Part shown: positions 19,703-31,691 of the stretch, one piece after another
How the letters are laid out: the number at the start of each line of letters is the position of its first letter
Numbering within the stretch: position 1 is the first letter of the stretch
Assembly: GCA_963833985.1 (NCBI GenBank)
Contig: CAWIAD010000002.1
Coordinates: 1,824,001-1,888,000 of the forward strand
Reading direction: 5' to 3'
From: an uncultured Planctomycetaceae bacterium
GTDB lineage: Bacteria; Planctomycetota; Planctomycetia; Isosphaerales; Isosphaeraceae
DNA: 64,000 nucleotides
Made by a program: the position numbers and the translations under genes
The notes under the pieces: generated by a model
Database searches by the model: none
Told to the model about the DNA's origin: nothing
The model's input: only the letters and a program-made list of their open reading frames with translations

Positions 19703-22700
19703 TCAGTCATCGCTGACGAGGTCGAATTCGTCGGGACTCCAGAAACCGGTCATCTGCTGCACAAGGCGGCGCCGCTCGTCGCCCTGGGAGGCCAGCAGGC
19801 GGGCGACGAGCCGGCGCTGTCTCGTCCAGCCCTGGCGCCGCTGACTGTCCGGCGCTGCCGGCAGCGCAGCCATAAGGGCGGCCGCGCGTCCGGGATCGAC
19901 GACCGCGGGACCGCCGAACATCGCATCGGGAAGGTAGCCCGTGCCCCCGGCAACAAGACGAGGCAGCCGGACAAACACCGGTTCAAGCAAGGCATGCGCG
20001 ATCGCTGGTTCATACGGCAGGATGAGCATGGCGATCACGGCATCGGTCCCGAGCCGGCCGACCTCCTCGCGCTCGTCCTCGTACCTCGGCCCGCGCAGGG
20101 CCAGGGCACGCCAGAGATATTCCGAAACGCGCCCCGGATCGATCCGCTCCACCGCTTCCAGCAGGGTCGCGGCCGTCGAGGCTGCGCACCGCGTGTTGAG
20201 GTAGCTCTCCTTCTTCGCCGCGATGGCCTCCAGTGCCCGATAAGCCTCATCCACCAAACCCGTTGCCGCGGCCTTATCGGAGGAGCTCGAAGACCAGCGC
20301 CATCTGGCCGAGCGTATATGCCCGCGTGTACAGATCGCCGATCCTGGCAGCGATGGCGCGTGCCCGGGGCAGGTCTTTTGGTGCCATCGCGTAGCAGACG
20401 CGGAGTGCGTAGAAGTCACGCATGATCGGCCGCTTGAGCATTTGCCAGACGCGCTCGGCTTCCGCCGGCTGGGTGGATGCCAGCCGCTGGGCGATGTTGC
20501 CGTGATGACGGTCGAATTCCTGCTCGTCGGTCAACCCCTCGATCAGCCCTAGCGCCGCGGGCACATCGACGCGCACCAGTTCATCGGCAAAGGCACCCCG
20601 GCCAAAGCCGCCCACGGCCGACGTCGCCAGTTCCCCGGCAATTCTCTGCCCGTCGCGAAAGATCTTCGTCGCCCTTTCCTGATCGCCCAGATCGAGCAGC
20701 CGGCTAGCAATCTGGCCCTGGAAAATAAGCCGCAGCGCTGGGTCCTTGATGCCCTGGGTGTGAACCAGGGCCTGCATCAGGAGCGACCGCTTCTTGTCGC
20801 GCTCGGTCGCAGGCAAGAGATCGCTGGCCTTACGGTAGCCGTCGGTACGGCCGATCGGGTCGCCGAGCGACTCGACGAGCGTCAGCGCCTCGTCGGGTGT
20901 CTCCTTCATCAGGCGCCGCGCTGCGCCCACTTTCACACCGTCGCGCATCATCGGCTCGGCGAACTTCGCCTTCTCGGCAATCTCCATCGCCAGGGCCGGG
21001 TCGATGCGCGCCAGCGTCTGGAGAGTCTGGAATTCGGTCACTCCGCAAGGGCCCGTGCGCGCCCGCTCGATGTCCGGCTCCAGCACCCTGAGCGCCAGCC
21101 GGCGCCGTTCTTCCGCGGGGAAGCCGGCCGGTGAATCATGAGGCCCTGGAGCGGCCGGACCAGCCGCACGCGACAGCACCAGCTCGACCGAGTCAGCCGC
21201 CGGCTGAAGCAGGCTTCCCTGAAAACGGTAACCTTCCGCCTCGGCGCAGATCATCATCGTGCCGGCGGGAGGAAGGTTCACCTGGAATAAGCCATTCTCA
21301 GCGGATCTCGTGATGGGACGTTCGGGCTGCTCGCTCACGAGGCGAATCCTGGCACCGGCGACCGGCCGGCCATCGCCATCCGCGACACGTCCCGTGATCG
21401 GTTTCGGCCGGTCGACCACGAGATCGGGAAACACGACCTGGGTGCCCGGCCGAGGCCGCATCCAGTCCGACCAGTCCAGCGACAGGCCCGGCGCCGCGGC
21501 TCTTACCTTGTAGCGCTGGTCGATGCGGAACTGGCGGGGCGTTTCGAACCTGCCGTCGCTGCCGGTATGAGGGCTGCCGGCTGCGGCAGCGTTCAAAAGG
21601 ACCGGGTTGGAATACTCCTGCTCCTGTGCCCAGAACTCGAGCTCAGCCCCCGCGACCGGCTGTCCCGTGCGGTTCACCACCCGAGCGGCCAGGGAGACCA
21701 GGTTCGCCGAGCGAATCGTCAAGGTCACAGGCGTATCGAGCGCGGGGGAAACTTCGAACGGCTTATCCGTGCGAGCGTCCGCGGTGCTGGCCTCGAGCCG
21801 GAACCCCGCGCGCCTGGGGTCGAGCACTGCGAACACGAATGTTCCGTCGGGCGCGGTCGACGTGGTGAAATTCTCGCCTTCAATTCCTTGCTGCCAGACG
21901 AGGGTTCCGTCAACGCGGGCGCCGGCGACCGGAGTGCCCGAGGCGTCGACGACCTTACCTTGCAAGGCATCGCCTCGGGCCAGTTCGATCGGGGGAATCT
22001 CGAACTCCGAGACATTCGCGGGGATCTGTTCCTCGCGTCCGGGCGGCCGGGTCGGGAAGAAGGGGCGCGGAGTCAGCCAGTCAAAGAGGCTCGTGCCAAC
22101 GGTCCCTGGCAAGACGTAATCCTCGAAGCGCCCGGCGTCATCGCTGTAGACGACATTCGTCCGGTACTGGCTGCCGACCAGCACACCCGCTTCCGCGATG
22201 GGCCTGTTGGAGCCGCGCTCGCGCACCTGGCCTCGCACCCGCACGCCGCGCTTCAGAGTGATCTCCAGGTGGTTCTCCCGGTTCGCGGCAATGGGGGTGA
22301 ATGCCGGCTGAACGGGGCGATACGGTGACCGGGGCGCCACGCCAACCTGAAAGAGCATCAGGCCCTCGGCCAGGGCGGGGACAACAAAGCGGCCCTGGTC
22401 ATCGGTGCGCGTGCTGGCCAGTCCCGACACCGACTTGCCGTTGAACTGCGTGCCCAGGTAAATGGGAATGCCGCGCACCACCGCGGGATCATCCGCGCGG
22501 ACGCGTCCCACCACCCGACCCACTGGCAAGAGCGTGATGGCCTTGTCGGACGGGGGTTGCCACTGAATTTCTTGCACCCCCAGATCGGCCGTGCTGACCG
22601 TGAGGATGGGCGCCTCGCCCGGCTGGACGTAAGAGATCTCGGCCTTGCCTTGCTCATCGGTCCGCGCAGCGAGTTGCTCGGCCAGCGCGTCCGGTACGCT

Positions 22701-23165
22701 CAGGTAGTATGCCACCACCCGCGCGTTCGACGGCACCATGGAAAACGGCCTGACCTCGGCACCGGCGAGCGGCTTGCCATCCGGGCGCAGTAAAACGAGC
22801 CGGCACGGGCGCGCCGTCGGCAAGGTGAGACGGACTTCCTCTCGCGGCTTCTCGGCAGAGAGGCTCACGTGAATGCGCGCGGGCGCATGACCAGCCTGGT
22901 AGGCCCACACGGAAAGCATCTCCAGCCCTGACCCGGAGACGGGCACGCCTTGCGGAACAGGCACCAGGAAATGCCCATTCTCATCAGCCTTCGCGCGCGC
23001 CACCGAGGGCGTGACGCCGCTTCGGTTCCAGCCGCACGAGAGCCAGATCGCGACGCCCGGCACCGGTTTGCCGGCGGCGTCCTCCACGAGCCCGGAAAGC
23101 TCATGACCGATCATGCCGAAAAGGCCAAGGACGGGGAGGGCGAGTGTGCCGATCGGGAACATCAT
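19703..23165 (-). CDS. Secreted protein with repeated carboxypeptidase-regulatory-like (Ig) domains and a helical C-terminus; frameshift ~20295
   Basis: Repeated G.V.D..G.PV.GA.V...TD..G.F motifs; AGGAG before ATG 23165; ORF 19703-20419 continues the helical tail. Confidence 0.75.
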
Positions 23166-23366
23166 TCTGCTCCTGGAGATCCATCGTATGACGTTCGTCC
23201 AAGGTATCGCGCCATCCGGGGAAGCACAACGCAGCCTCTCCGTCGGGCCTGGCCAATTTCTTTTGGCTTCCCGCCTGGATTGGGTATGATGGCGAACGTT
23301 CCTTTTCCGGATCATGAAGCCGATATGAGCCTCGAGCGTTGCAGTGACGAAGCTTCGGAGCCACAC

Positions 23367-23738
23367 ATGAAGTCGAAGAAGCCGGCACGTCCCGGGGCCG
23401 GCCGGACTCCGGCCAGCACGGCCGGCCGCTCGTCCCGCAAGAATCGGGCGGTGGTCCTGGATTTCGTGCAGAGCCGGATCGAAGCCTTCAACGCCGAGCA
23501 GGGCGGCGGGGTGGCTGTGCGCAAGGACGCCCACGGCTACACGCTGCTGCAAGAAGACTCCGGCACGCCGATCGCGCGGTTGCGTCCCCGCGATACGGGC
23601 GATCGATTCGAGGTCCTCTACTGGAGCCCGTTTAGCAAACGCTGGTGCCCCATCGGAGACCTGGGCGGCATGGTGCTCTCGCTCGTCGACGCGCTCGAGT
23701 TCATCGCCAAGGACCCGGTGAACTGCTTCTGGCGCTGA
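23367..23738 (+). CDS. Hypothetical protein, DUF3024-like
   Basis: PIARLR...LYW....KRW...LEFIAKDPVNCFW resembles DUF3024; GGAG upstream. Confidence 0.55.
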   Translation: MKSKKPARPGAGRTPASTAGRSSRKNRAVVLDFVQSRIEAFNAEQGGGVAVRKDAHGYTLLQEDSGTPIARLRPRDTGDRFEVLYWSPFSKRWCPIGDLGGMVLSLVDALEFIAKDPVNCFWR

Positions 23739-23759
23739 TCGGCCAGTGCAGGTCTTGAC

Positions 23760-23991
23760 CTCAATACCTTTGAAAGAGCGCTAACGAGCCGGTGTAAGAG
23801 ATATGTGAGAAACTTGTTCTCACGCTCTGCGTGGGAACACCGGTCGGGACGCTCGGCGTCCCCTGGATTCTCCATCTTGAGCACGGGCCCGATCGACGCG
23901 GAGCGTCGCAGACGGCATTCCCACGCGGAGCGTGGGAATGAGGAAGAAACCTCTGCCTGCTCTCAGCTTATCGCTATTTCAACGGTATTGG
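23760..23991. mobile_element. Second, inverted copy of the TIR-bounded REP-palindrome element
   Basis: Hairpins at 23816-23838 and ~23917-23939. The interior is the reverse complement of ~2971-3115. Ends are TCAATACCTTTGAAAGAGC and GCTATTTCAACGGTATTGG. Confidence 0.7.
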
Positions 23992-24080
23992 GTCTTGAGC
24001 CACACTCACGCGGGGGCCGTTCCCGAACCGCGACGCCCGCCCGGCATTTCGAAAACGCGGATACTTGCGGAAGTTTTTTC

Positions 24081-24124
24081 TTGACCCGATCGTTTACTAT
24101 GGTAAATTTACTGCGATAGACGAT
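24081..24124 (+). promoter_or_regulatory. Sigma70-type promoter overlapped by a putative BlaI-family operator
   Basis: TTGACC (24081-86), 16 bp spacer, TAAATT preceded by TG. Tandem imperfect palindromes TTTACTATGGTAAA and TTTACTGCGATAGA at 24093-24120. Confidence 0.55.
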
Positions 24125-24148
24125 TGCCGGTCCTGGAGGGAGCGATTC

Positions 24149-24523
24149 ATGGGCGAGATTCAGCTCGGACGGTTGCAGTTCCAGATCATGCAGGTTCTCT
24201 GGGACCGAGGGCGCGCGACCGCCCGTGACATCACCGACGCTCTGGGCGGCTCCGAACCGGTCGCCCACAGCACCGTGCAGACGCTCCTGCGGCAGCTTGA
24301 AGCCAAGGGTGCGGTTGGCCACGAAGCGGAGGGGCGAACCTTCCTGTTCTTTCCCAGGCTCAAGGAGCACCGGGTGAAGCGTACGGCCGCGCGCGATCTC
24401 CTCGATCGGGTTTTCGGGGGGAACGTGGGCAGCCTGGTGTCTTACCTGCTGAAGAACGAGCGCCTCTCCAGGACTGAGCTCGAAGAACTTCAAAGGCTGA
24501 TTGACGAGCGGAAGCGGGGATGA
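24149..24523 (+). CDS. BlaI/MecI/CopY family transcriptional repressor
   Basis: LGRLQFQIMQVLWDRGRATARDI...STVQTLLRQLEAKG...LLDRVFGGN. Confidence 0.92.
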   Translation: MGEIQLGRLQFQIMQVLWDRGRATARDITDALGGSEPVAHSTVQTLLRQLEAKGAVGHEAEGRTFLFFPRLKEHRVKRTAARDLLDRVFGGNVGSLVSYLLKNERLSRTELEELQRLIDERKRG

Positions 24524-24547
24524 GAAATCGAAGGAAGGAGTGAGGCG

Positions 24548-27422
24548 ATGGGACTGGATCTTGCGACAGTCGCGACGAGCATGCTGGGGCTGGGTCTCAC
24601 CTGGCTGGCTCAGACCTCGGTTCTGCTGGTGCTCGGCCTGCTGCTCGGGCGCATCTTGCGGCGGAGCGGCCCGGCGGTATTGTCGGGTGTTTACCGGACC
24701 ACCCTGGTAGCGGTGCTCCTCTGCCCGTTCGTCTCGGCCGTTCTCGATGGAGCCGGGCTCGGCCGGCCGAAGCTGGTGCTGCCAACCGCGGCCCGCATCC
24801 GGGGGACGTTCCTGCCCGCGGCCTCGCTGCGCAACGGCTCCGCGCCCGCGGCGCGCTCTGCTGATCCCGTGCGCGGGTCCGCGCCCCGGCCTGCGGCGAC
24901 AGTCTCACTGCCGGCGCCCGGCGCGCGGCGATCCGGCGCAACCACGCCGCCGGCCCTGCTGCCGGCCGGGGCGGTCGCAGGTCCGGGATCCGCGGTCGCG
25001 GAGCCGCTCGAGGCGAGAGCGTTCGCACCTTGGGTGCTTCTCGTCTGGATACTCGGATCGCTGCTGCTGGGAATCCGCTTTCTGCTGGCACAGCGGCGCA
25101 TGAGCCAGGTGCGGGCCGCGGCCGTTCCGGCCGGGCACGACTGCGCAGGCCGTCTGCCAGGCGCTCGCCGGACAACTCCGGGTCAGCACCCCGCTGGTCT
25201 TGCACAGTCCCTTCCTGTTCAGCCCCTGCCTGGATGGCCTGCTGCAACCCGCGATCCTGCTGCCGGAGGATGCGGGCAGCAATCTCCGAGAGACGTTCCT
25301 GCATGAGCTGGCGCACCTGGCGCGCCGTGATAATGTGTGGAACCTGCTGTCCCGCGCGGCCATGGCGGGGCTCTGGCTCCAGCCGCTCCTCTGGATCCTC
25401 CTGCGCCGCATCGAGGCAGCCTCCGAGGAGGTCTGCGATGATGTGGTTGTGAACTCGGGCACAGACCGCACGCGCTACGCCGACCACCTGCTGGAGCTTG
25501 CCAGCCGCGCCCTGCCGCCTCCGGCCCCGGCCACCGTGGGAATGATCTCGCTGCGGTCCATGCTCGCCCGGCGGATCGTGCGGATCCTCGATCCCTCGCG
25601 CCGGCCGTCGATCCGCATCGGACGGCGGGTCGTCTCGTTCATGGCCTTTGCTGGGCTGGCCGGTACGTTGTTGACGGGGTTGATCGGGGTTGCTGGCGAG
25701 CCTGGAAAAGCGAGGACCACGCCACCATTATTAAGGGCCGAGCAGCCTGACGCCGCCCCGGCCGCACCCCAGCGCTCCGGTGACGTGCCGGTGACCGGCC
25801 GCATCATCGACCTCGAAGGGCGGCCGGTGGCGGGAGTGACGGTGAAGATCGGCGGTGTGCAGGGAGCGGCCTCGGGCGATCTCTCCTCCTGGATCGAGGG
25901 GGTGAAGAAAGGCGAGCCGCCCTGGATCGCCTACAAGCACATCGAGCGTGAGGTCGATCTCCCCAAAAGCGTCGTCCGCGAGGCAACCACGGACAGGGAC
26001 GGCCGCTTCCGGTTCGATGGCCTCGGCGCCGAGCATGTCGTTTCGCTGTCGATCCGGGGCGACACCGTGGCCTGTACCTCGATCGACGTCATCACGCGGA
26101 AGACCGAGCCCTTCGTGGCCCGTGGCTTCCCGGACACTTATGGGCCGGGTTCGCAGACCGTCTACGGTGCGGATTTCACCTACATAGCGCGTCCGAGCCG
26201 GCTCATCGAGGGCGTGGTTCGCGACGCCAGAACGAAGCAGCCAATGGTGGGCGTCGCCGTCGAGAGCTGGCATTTCGCGGGCTCCGACTTCGTCAGCATC
26301 CGCACACAGAAGACCGTCACTGACGCGAACGGCCGCTTCCGGCTGGCCGGCATGCCCAAGGCCAACGGGAACACGGTGATCGCCATTCCCGCTGACGATC
26401 AGCCTTATTTCCTGCACGAGGCCTCGGTCGGCGATCCGCCGGGGATCGATCCGGTCCATCTGGAAATCGAGCTCAATCGCGGCATCATGATCACCGGCAA
26501 GCTGACTGACAAGGCGACGGGCAAGCCGGTTACCGAAGGCCGCGTGCACTACCTGCCGTTCCTGGAGAACAAGTATGTGCAGGCGCTCCCTGAATTCGAC
26601 TCGAACGGCAACGTGCAGGGGTTCCAGGAGCGCTACACGACGAAGGCCGACGGCACTTACCGGCTGGTCGCCATGCCGGGCCGGGCGATCATCGGCTTCG
26701 AGAGCGTTGGCCAGACGCCATACCGCACCGGCGTCGGTTCCGAGAAGATCGCGGGACTGGACAAGCACGGCAACTACAACACCTGGCGCAATCCGATCTG
26801 GCCGGGCAAGCACTGGCCGAACACGCTGATGGAGATCAACCCTTCCGAGGGCACCGAGACGCTCGCGCTCGACGCCCAGCTCGATCCGGGTTTGAACCTC
26901 CGGATCAAAGTGGTGGACCCCGACGGGAAGCCGGTGCCGGACGCTATCGTGGGCGGTGGGAACCGGATGAAGGCGGGTCCGGCGTCGACGGACGCGGTCT
27001 TCGAGCTGGCCAGCTTCCGGCCGGACGAGACGCGCAGCGTGGTGGTCCGCCACGATGGACGCAAGCTCGGCAAGGTGGTGCGGATCAAGGCGGGGGATGA
27101 CGTCAATGGGCCCGTTCTCGTGACCCTTTCGCCCTGCGCGGCGATCAAGGGCCGCGCGGTGGATGCCGGCGACAATCCGGTCCCGGGAGCGACCCTGCGC
27201 GTGGACGTCGAGCCGACCGAGGGGTTCGTCCATGTTCTGACCAATGTCGGGGCTGATCGCGACGGCCGGTTCCGTGTGGAGAACGTCCCTGCCGGCTGCA
27301 AGTACGGACTGGTGCTCGAGGCCGGGACAATGATCAAGGAGCATCAGGTCGCCTTCGGTTCGGCCGAGGTGAAGCCGGGCGAGACGACGGACGTCGGCGA
27401 CATCAAGTTCAAGAACGACTGA
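24548..27422 (+). CDS. BlaR1-like M56 metallopeptidase with carboxypeptidase-regulatory-like repeats; frameshift ~25143
   Basis: N-terminal TM helices; SPCLDGLLQPAILLP, HELAHLARRD and EEVCDDVV; directly downstream of blaI. Confidence 0.88.
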
Positions 27423-27461
27423 GACCGAACCACGACTCATGACGGCTGGAGGTTCGCTTTC

Positions 27462-28830
27462 ATGAACGCGTCTCCATGGTCGCCCTACCGCCCGAGCCCG
27501 ACCGTACCCTGGAACCTCGAGCGGGCCTGGACGCTCCGCAGGCGGGCCGGTTTCGGAGCCACCTGGGAGGAGCTCGAGCGCGATGTCTCCAGCGGACCCG
27601 AGGCCGCGGTCGATCGCGTGCTGGCTGGCGAGTGCCGGATCGCAGGGGTCCCCGTCGGATTCCACCCGACCGCCGACATCCTGGGCCGCTCCGCCGCCGG
27701 CTCGTCGGACCCGCGACGTCTCCAGGCCTGGTGGCTCTACCGCATGCTCTGCTCGCCCGATCCGCTGCACGAGCGGCTGACACTGATGTGGCACGACCAC
27801 TTCGCCACCAGCCTGTTGAAGGTGGACGACGTGGCGGCGATGCACGCGCAGAACGAGACCTTCCGCCGGCTCGCCCGCGGCCCGTTTGGCGACCTGCTGC
27901 ACGCCATGCTGCGCGACCCGGCGGTCCTGATCTGGCTGGACGCTCCGTCGAACCGCCAAGGCAAACCCAATGAGAATCTGGCCCGGGAATTGATGGAGCT
28001 GTTCACGCTTGGCGTCGGCCGTTACACGGAACGTGATGTGAAGGAGGCGGCGCGGGCGCTCACGGGCCGCACAATCGTGCAGGGGCGGTTCCAGGTCCGC
28101 CAGGCAGATCACGATCCGGGCGCGAAAACCATCCTGGGCAAGACGGAGCGCTTCGACGGTGCCTCGCTTGCCGATCATCTGCTCGCCCAGCCCGCGGTGG
28201 CCGAGCGGCTGGCCTGGCGGCTCTGCTCCGCGTTTCTGGGGGAAGGCGTGGCCGACGCGGCAGCCCGCAGCACGCTTGCCGGCCTGCTGCGCGGACAACC
28301 TGCACATCGGCCGGGCCGTGGCGGTCATGCTCCGTTCGACGTTGTTCTTCTCCGACAGGAACCTGCGTGCGCGCGTTTCGGACCCGGTCGGCTTCGTGAT
28401 CGGCTCGGTGCGCGCGCTCGAGCATTTCGACCCGCCGCCGAGCACGTGGCTCCTGGCCGAGTGGACCGACCGGCTGGAGCAGCGACTGTTCTTCCCGCCC
28501 AACGTCGGCGGCTGGCCGGGCGGGCGAAGCTGGCTGTCAGGCCGGGCCGTCGTGGCCCGTGCCAACTTCGCGGCCGCACTGACGTCCGGTCAGCTCAACT
28601 CCGACGCCAGCCCACCGGACTTGCTTGCTCTGGCGGGGCGCCGTGGTCAGTCGGGCAACCCGGCCACTTCCCTGCGCTTCTTCAGCCGGCTCTTGCTGGG
28701 ACATCCTCTCGGCGATGGCTTGCTGGAAGGGCTGCTGCACGCCGCCGGGACCGCCGCAGCCTGCCGATCGCCGCAGGCCAACCGTGCGCTGGCCCTGCTG
28801 CTGGCTCGCCCCGAGGCTCAACTGGTTTGA
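27462..28830 (+). CDS. DUF1800 family protein; frameshift ~28292
   Basis: ERLTLMWHDHFATS, PNENLARELMELFTLG and PPNVGGWPGG. Confidence 0.88.
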
Positions 28831-28889
28831 GCCGAGCCCAGGTCCCTGGCAACTCTTCCGACCGTGATCCTGTTCCGGGAGCCATCGCG

Positions 28890-30095
28890 ATGATCACCCG
28901 ACGCGCCTTGCTGAAGAATTGTGGCTTTCTTTCCCTGGCACCGGCGATTCCCGGGTTTCTGGAACGCACGGCGAGGGCCGCAACGCCCGGGCGCGATGCG
29001 CGTGTGCTGGTCGTGCTTCAGCTCGACGGCGGCAACGACGGCATCAATACCGTCGTCCCCTTCGGAGACGAGCAATACAGGCGGCTGCGCCCCGAGCTTG
29101 CCTTGCCGGCGGGGAAGATTTGCAAGCTGGCCGAGGGGATCGGGCTGCACCCCGCGATGAAGGCCGCGGCCGCGCTGTTCGAGGCGGGACATCTGGCGAT
29201 CGTGCAGGGCGTCGGCTATCCCAACCCCAATCGATCGCACTTCGAAAGCATGGCCATCTGGCAGACCGCGCACCCCGGACGTCCGGAAGACGCCGAGTTC
29301 GGCTGGCTGGGGCGCGCTCTCGACGCCGCGCGCCCTGCCCGCCTCGGGCCGGACGCGGTGCATGTCGGCGATCGCGGACTGCCGCGTGCCCTGCTCGCCC
29401 GCCGCGCCGTGGCGACCTCGTTCGCGGATGCCTCGGACTTCGCGCTGGCGCTCGCTCCGCCGGCAGCACGGCCGGACTCGCAGAGGGCGACGGCCTCCGA
29501 TGTGGAGGACCTCACCGCGTTCGTGAACCGGATCGTCACCAGTGCCTACGCGTCGGCGGCCGAGCTCGAGCGCGCGACGGACCGTGTCAGGGACGGAGCA
29601 GGCGGCTATCCGGGTACCGAGCTGGCGCGCAAGCTCGGCCTGGTGGCCCGTTCCATCAAGGCGGGATCGCCGGCGCGTGTCTATTACGTGATCCAGGCCG
29701 GTTACGATTCGCACGCGGTCCAGTTACCGGCCCATGAACGCTTGCTGTCCGAACTTTCCGGGGCGCTCAAGGCGTTTCTCGACGACCTGGCCATGGCCGG
29801 GCTCGGCGATCGGGTGGCCGTGATGACGTTCAGCGAGTTCGGCCGGCGGCCCGCGGAGAACGGCTCGCTGGGAACCGATCACGGCACGTCCGGACCGGTG
29901 CTGCTCGCCGGAGCGAGCGTCCGGGGCGGGCTTTTCGGCAAGACCCCGGCGCTCTCCGACCTGGAGGGCGGAGACCTCAGGTGGTCCACCGATTTCCGCA
30001 GCGTCTACGCCACGCTGCTGGACCAGTGGCTCGAGCTGCCGGCGCTGGAGATCCTCGGCGGCCGGTTCGAATCTCTGCCGGTGATCCGGACATGA
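28890..30095 (+). CDS. DUF1501 family protein (Tat signal)
   Basis: MITRRALLK, LQLDGGNDGINTVVP, PNRSHFES, FSEFGRR and GTDHG. Confidence 0.9.
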   Translation: MITRRALLKNCGFLSLAPAIPGFLERTARAATPGRDARVLVVLQLDGGNDGINTVVPFGDEQYRRLRPELALPAGKICKLAEGIGLHPAMKAAAALFEAGHLAIVQGVGYPNPNRSHFESMAIWQTAHPGRPEDAEFGWLGRALDAARPARLGPDAVHVGDRGLPRALLARRAVATSFADASDFALALAPPAARPDSQRATASDVEDLTAFVNRIVTSAYASAAELERATDRVRDGAGGYPGTELARKLGLVARSIKAGSPARVYYVIQAGYDSHAVQLPAHERLLSELSGALKAFLDDLAMAGLGDRVAVMTFSEFGRRPAENGSLGTDHGTSGPVLLAGASVRGGLFGKTPALSDLEGGDLRWSTDFRSVYATLLDQWLELPALEILGGRFESLPVIRT

Positions 30096-30099
30096 TGCA

Positions 30100-31678
30100 C
30101 TACCGGCCGTCCGGCAAGTAGCGTGCGGCGAGAGCCTGGAACGCGGCCACCTGTCCGGCTTGCCAGGCATCGTCGCGGCCGAGCTCCCGAGCAAGCAGCG
30201 CGGCGACCTGGGCGCGGCCTCGGCGCTGGAACGGGCATCGAGGAAGAGCGCGCGGGTGCGGCGTGCCAGCACGTCTTCCACCGTGCGTGCCGCCTCCTCG
30301 CGTGCCGCCCAGACGACCTCGGCGGCGATGTAGGGCAGCTCCGCGTGCAGCGGAGTGCCAAGTTCCGGGCGGACGCGGACCAGGTCCTCGAGCCCGGCGC
30401 GATCGGAGCCGTACACGGCCATGTGAGACGGAGGCCCGTCGCCTGCCGCGGCAGCCCCGTGCAATCGCAGGGCCGCGGTGGGCGAAGGGCGTACGGGCAA
30501 ATCACCGACGCGGGCGGCATGGTCCACGGCGTCCTCGGCCATGGGCCGGTAGGTCGTCCACTTACCGCCGGTGACGGTGACCAGGCCAGTCCTGGAGACG
30601 ATCACCTCGTGTTCCCGCGAGAGGCGGGATGTGGTCCTGGACCGGAAGTGCGCGGGGCGGATCAGGGGCGCAGGCCGGCGAAGGCGCTCTTGATGTCGGA
30701 CTCGACCGGGCGCCGTTCCAGGTAACGCCCCGTGTGATCGAGCAGGTAATCGACTTCCTGCCTCAGCGGTTGCGGTTCGAGGGGCAGGGCGGAGATGGGC
30801 GTGTCCGTGGTACCCACGAGCACGCGGCCGCTCCAGGGAATGGCGAAGAGCACGCGGCCGTCATCGGTCCTGGGCACCATGAGGGCGCTCTGTCCGGGGA
30901 GGAACGAGCGGTCCAGCACGATGTGCGCGCCCTGGCTCGGCGCGATCAGCGGGGGGGCGGCCGCTTCATCGAGCTGACGAACCAGGTCGGCCTGCACGCC
31001 GGCGCCATTGACGATGGCACGCGCCGAGAGCGGAAATTCCTCGCCGGTTTCCTGATCGCGGGCCAGGGCCCCGGCCAGCTTGCCGGCGTGGTGGATGAGC
31101 TGGATGACCGGAGCATAGTTGAGTGCCAGGCCACCCAGGTCGGCGAGCGTTCGGGCCAGTGTGACCGCCAGCCTCGCATCGTCGAACTGGCCGTCGGTGT
31201 AGAGGATTCCGCCGCGCAGTCCGGCGGATTGAACCGTGGGCAGGCGCCGGATCGTCTCCCCGCGCGAGATCCAGCGAGACGCCGCGAGCCGGTGCTTCCC
31301 CGCGAGCCGGTCGTAGAGCCAGAGGCCTGCGCCGTAGTAGGGCAGTTGCCAGGAGTGAAAGGCCGGGACCACGAAGTCGCGGCGATGCACCAGGTGTGGC
31401 GCGTTCTCCAGGAGCCGGGCGCGTTCCCGGAGCGCCTCGCGTACCAGGGCGATATTGCCCTGGGCCAGGTAGCGCACTCCGCCGTGGATGAGCTTGGTGC
31501 TGCGGCTGGAGGTTCCGTGAGCAAAGTCGTGCGCCTCCAAAAGCGCCGTGTCGTAGCCACGGGCAGCCGCGTCCACCGCGGTCCCCAGACCGGTGGCGCC
31601 ACCGCCGATCACCAGGACATCCCAGCGCTTGCCGCTTCGAAGCCGGTCCAGGCACTCCTGGCGCGCCAGTTGGTTCAT
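30100..31678 (-). CDS. glpD: FAD-dependent glycerol-3-phosphate dehydrogenase; frameshifts ~30665 and ~30210
   Basis: DVLVIGGGATG, GTSSRSTKLIHGGVRYL, GQFDDAR, AGLRP, GGKWTTYR and EDVLARRTR. Confidence 0.9.
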
Positions 31679-31691
31679 GGGAACGGCTCGC

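Noticed and set aside
25731..28565. Long antisense ORFs (also 18353-20425, 38995-40530, 56493-58997)
   Set aside because: Shadow ORFs typical of high-GC coding DNA; the opposite strand carries recognisable proteins.
27462..30095. 877-aa DUF1800-DUF1501 fusion in the ORF track
   Set aside because: It is an artefact of the frameshift at ~28292. The true DUF1800 C-terminus ends at 28830 and DUF1501 has its own Tat-signal start at 28890.
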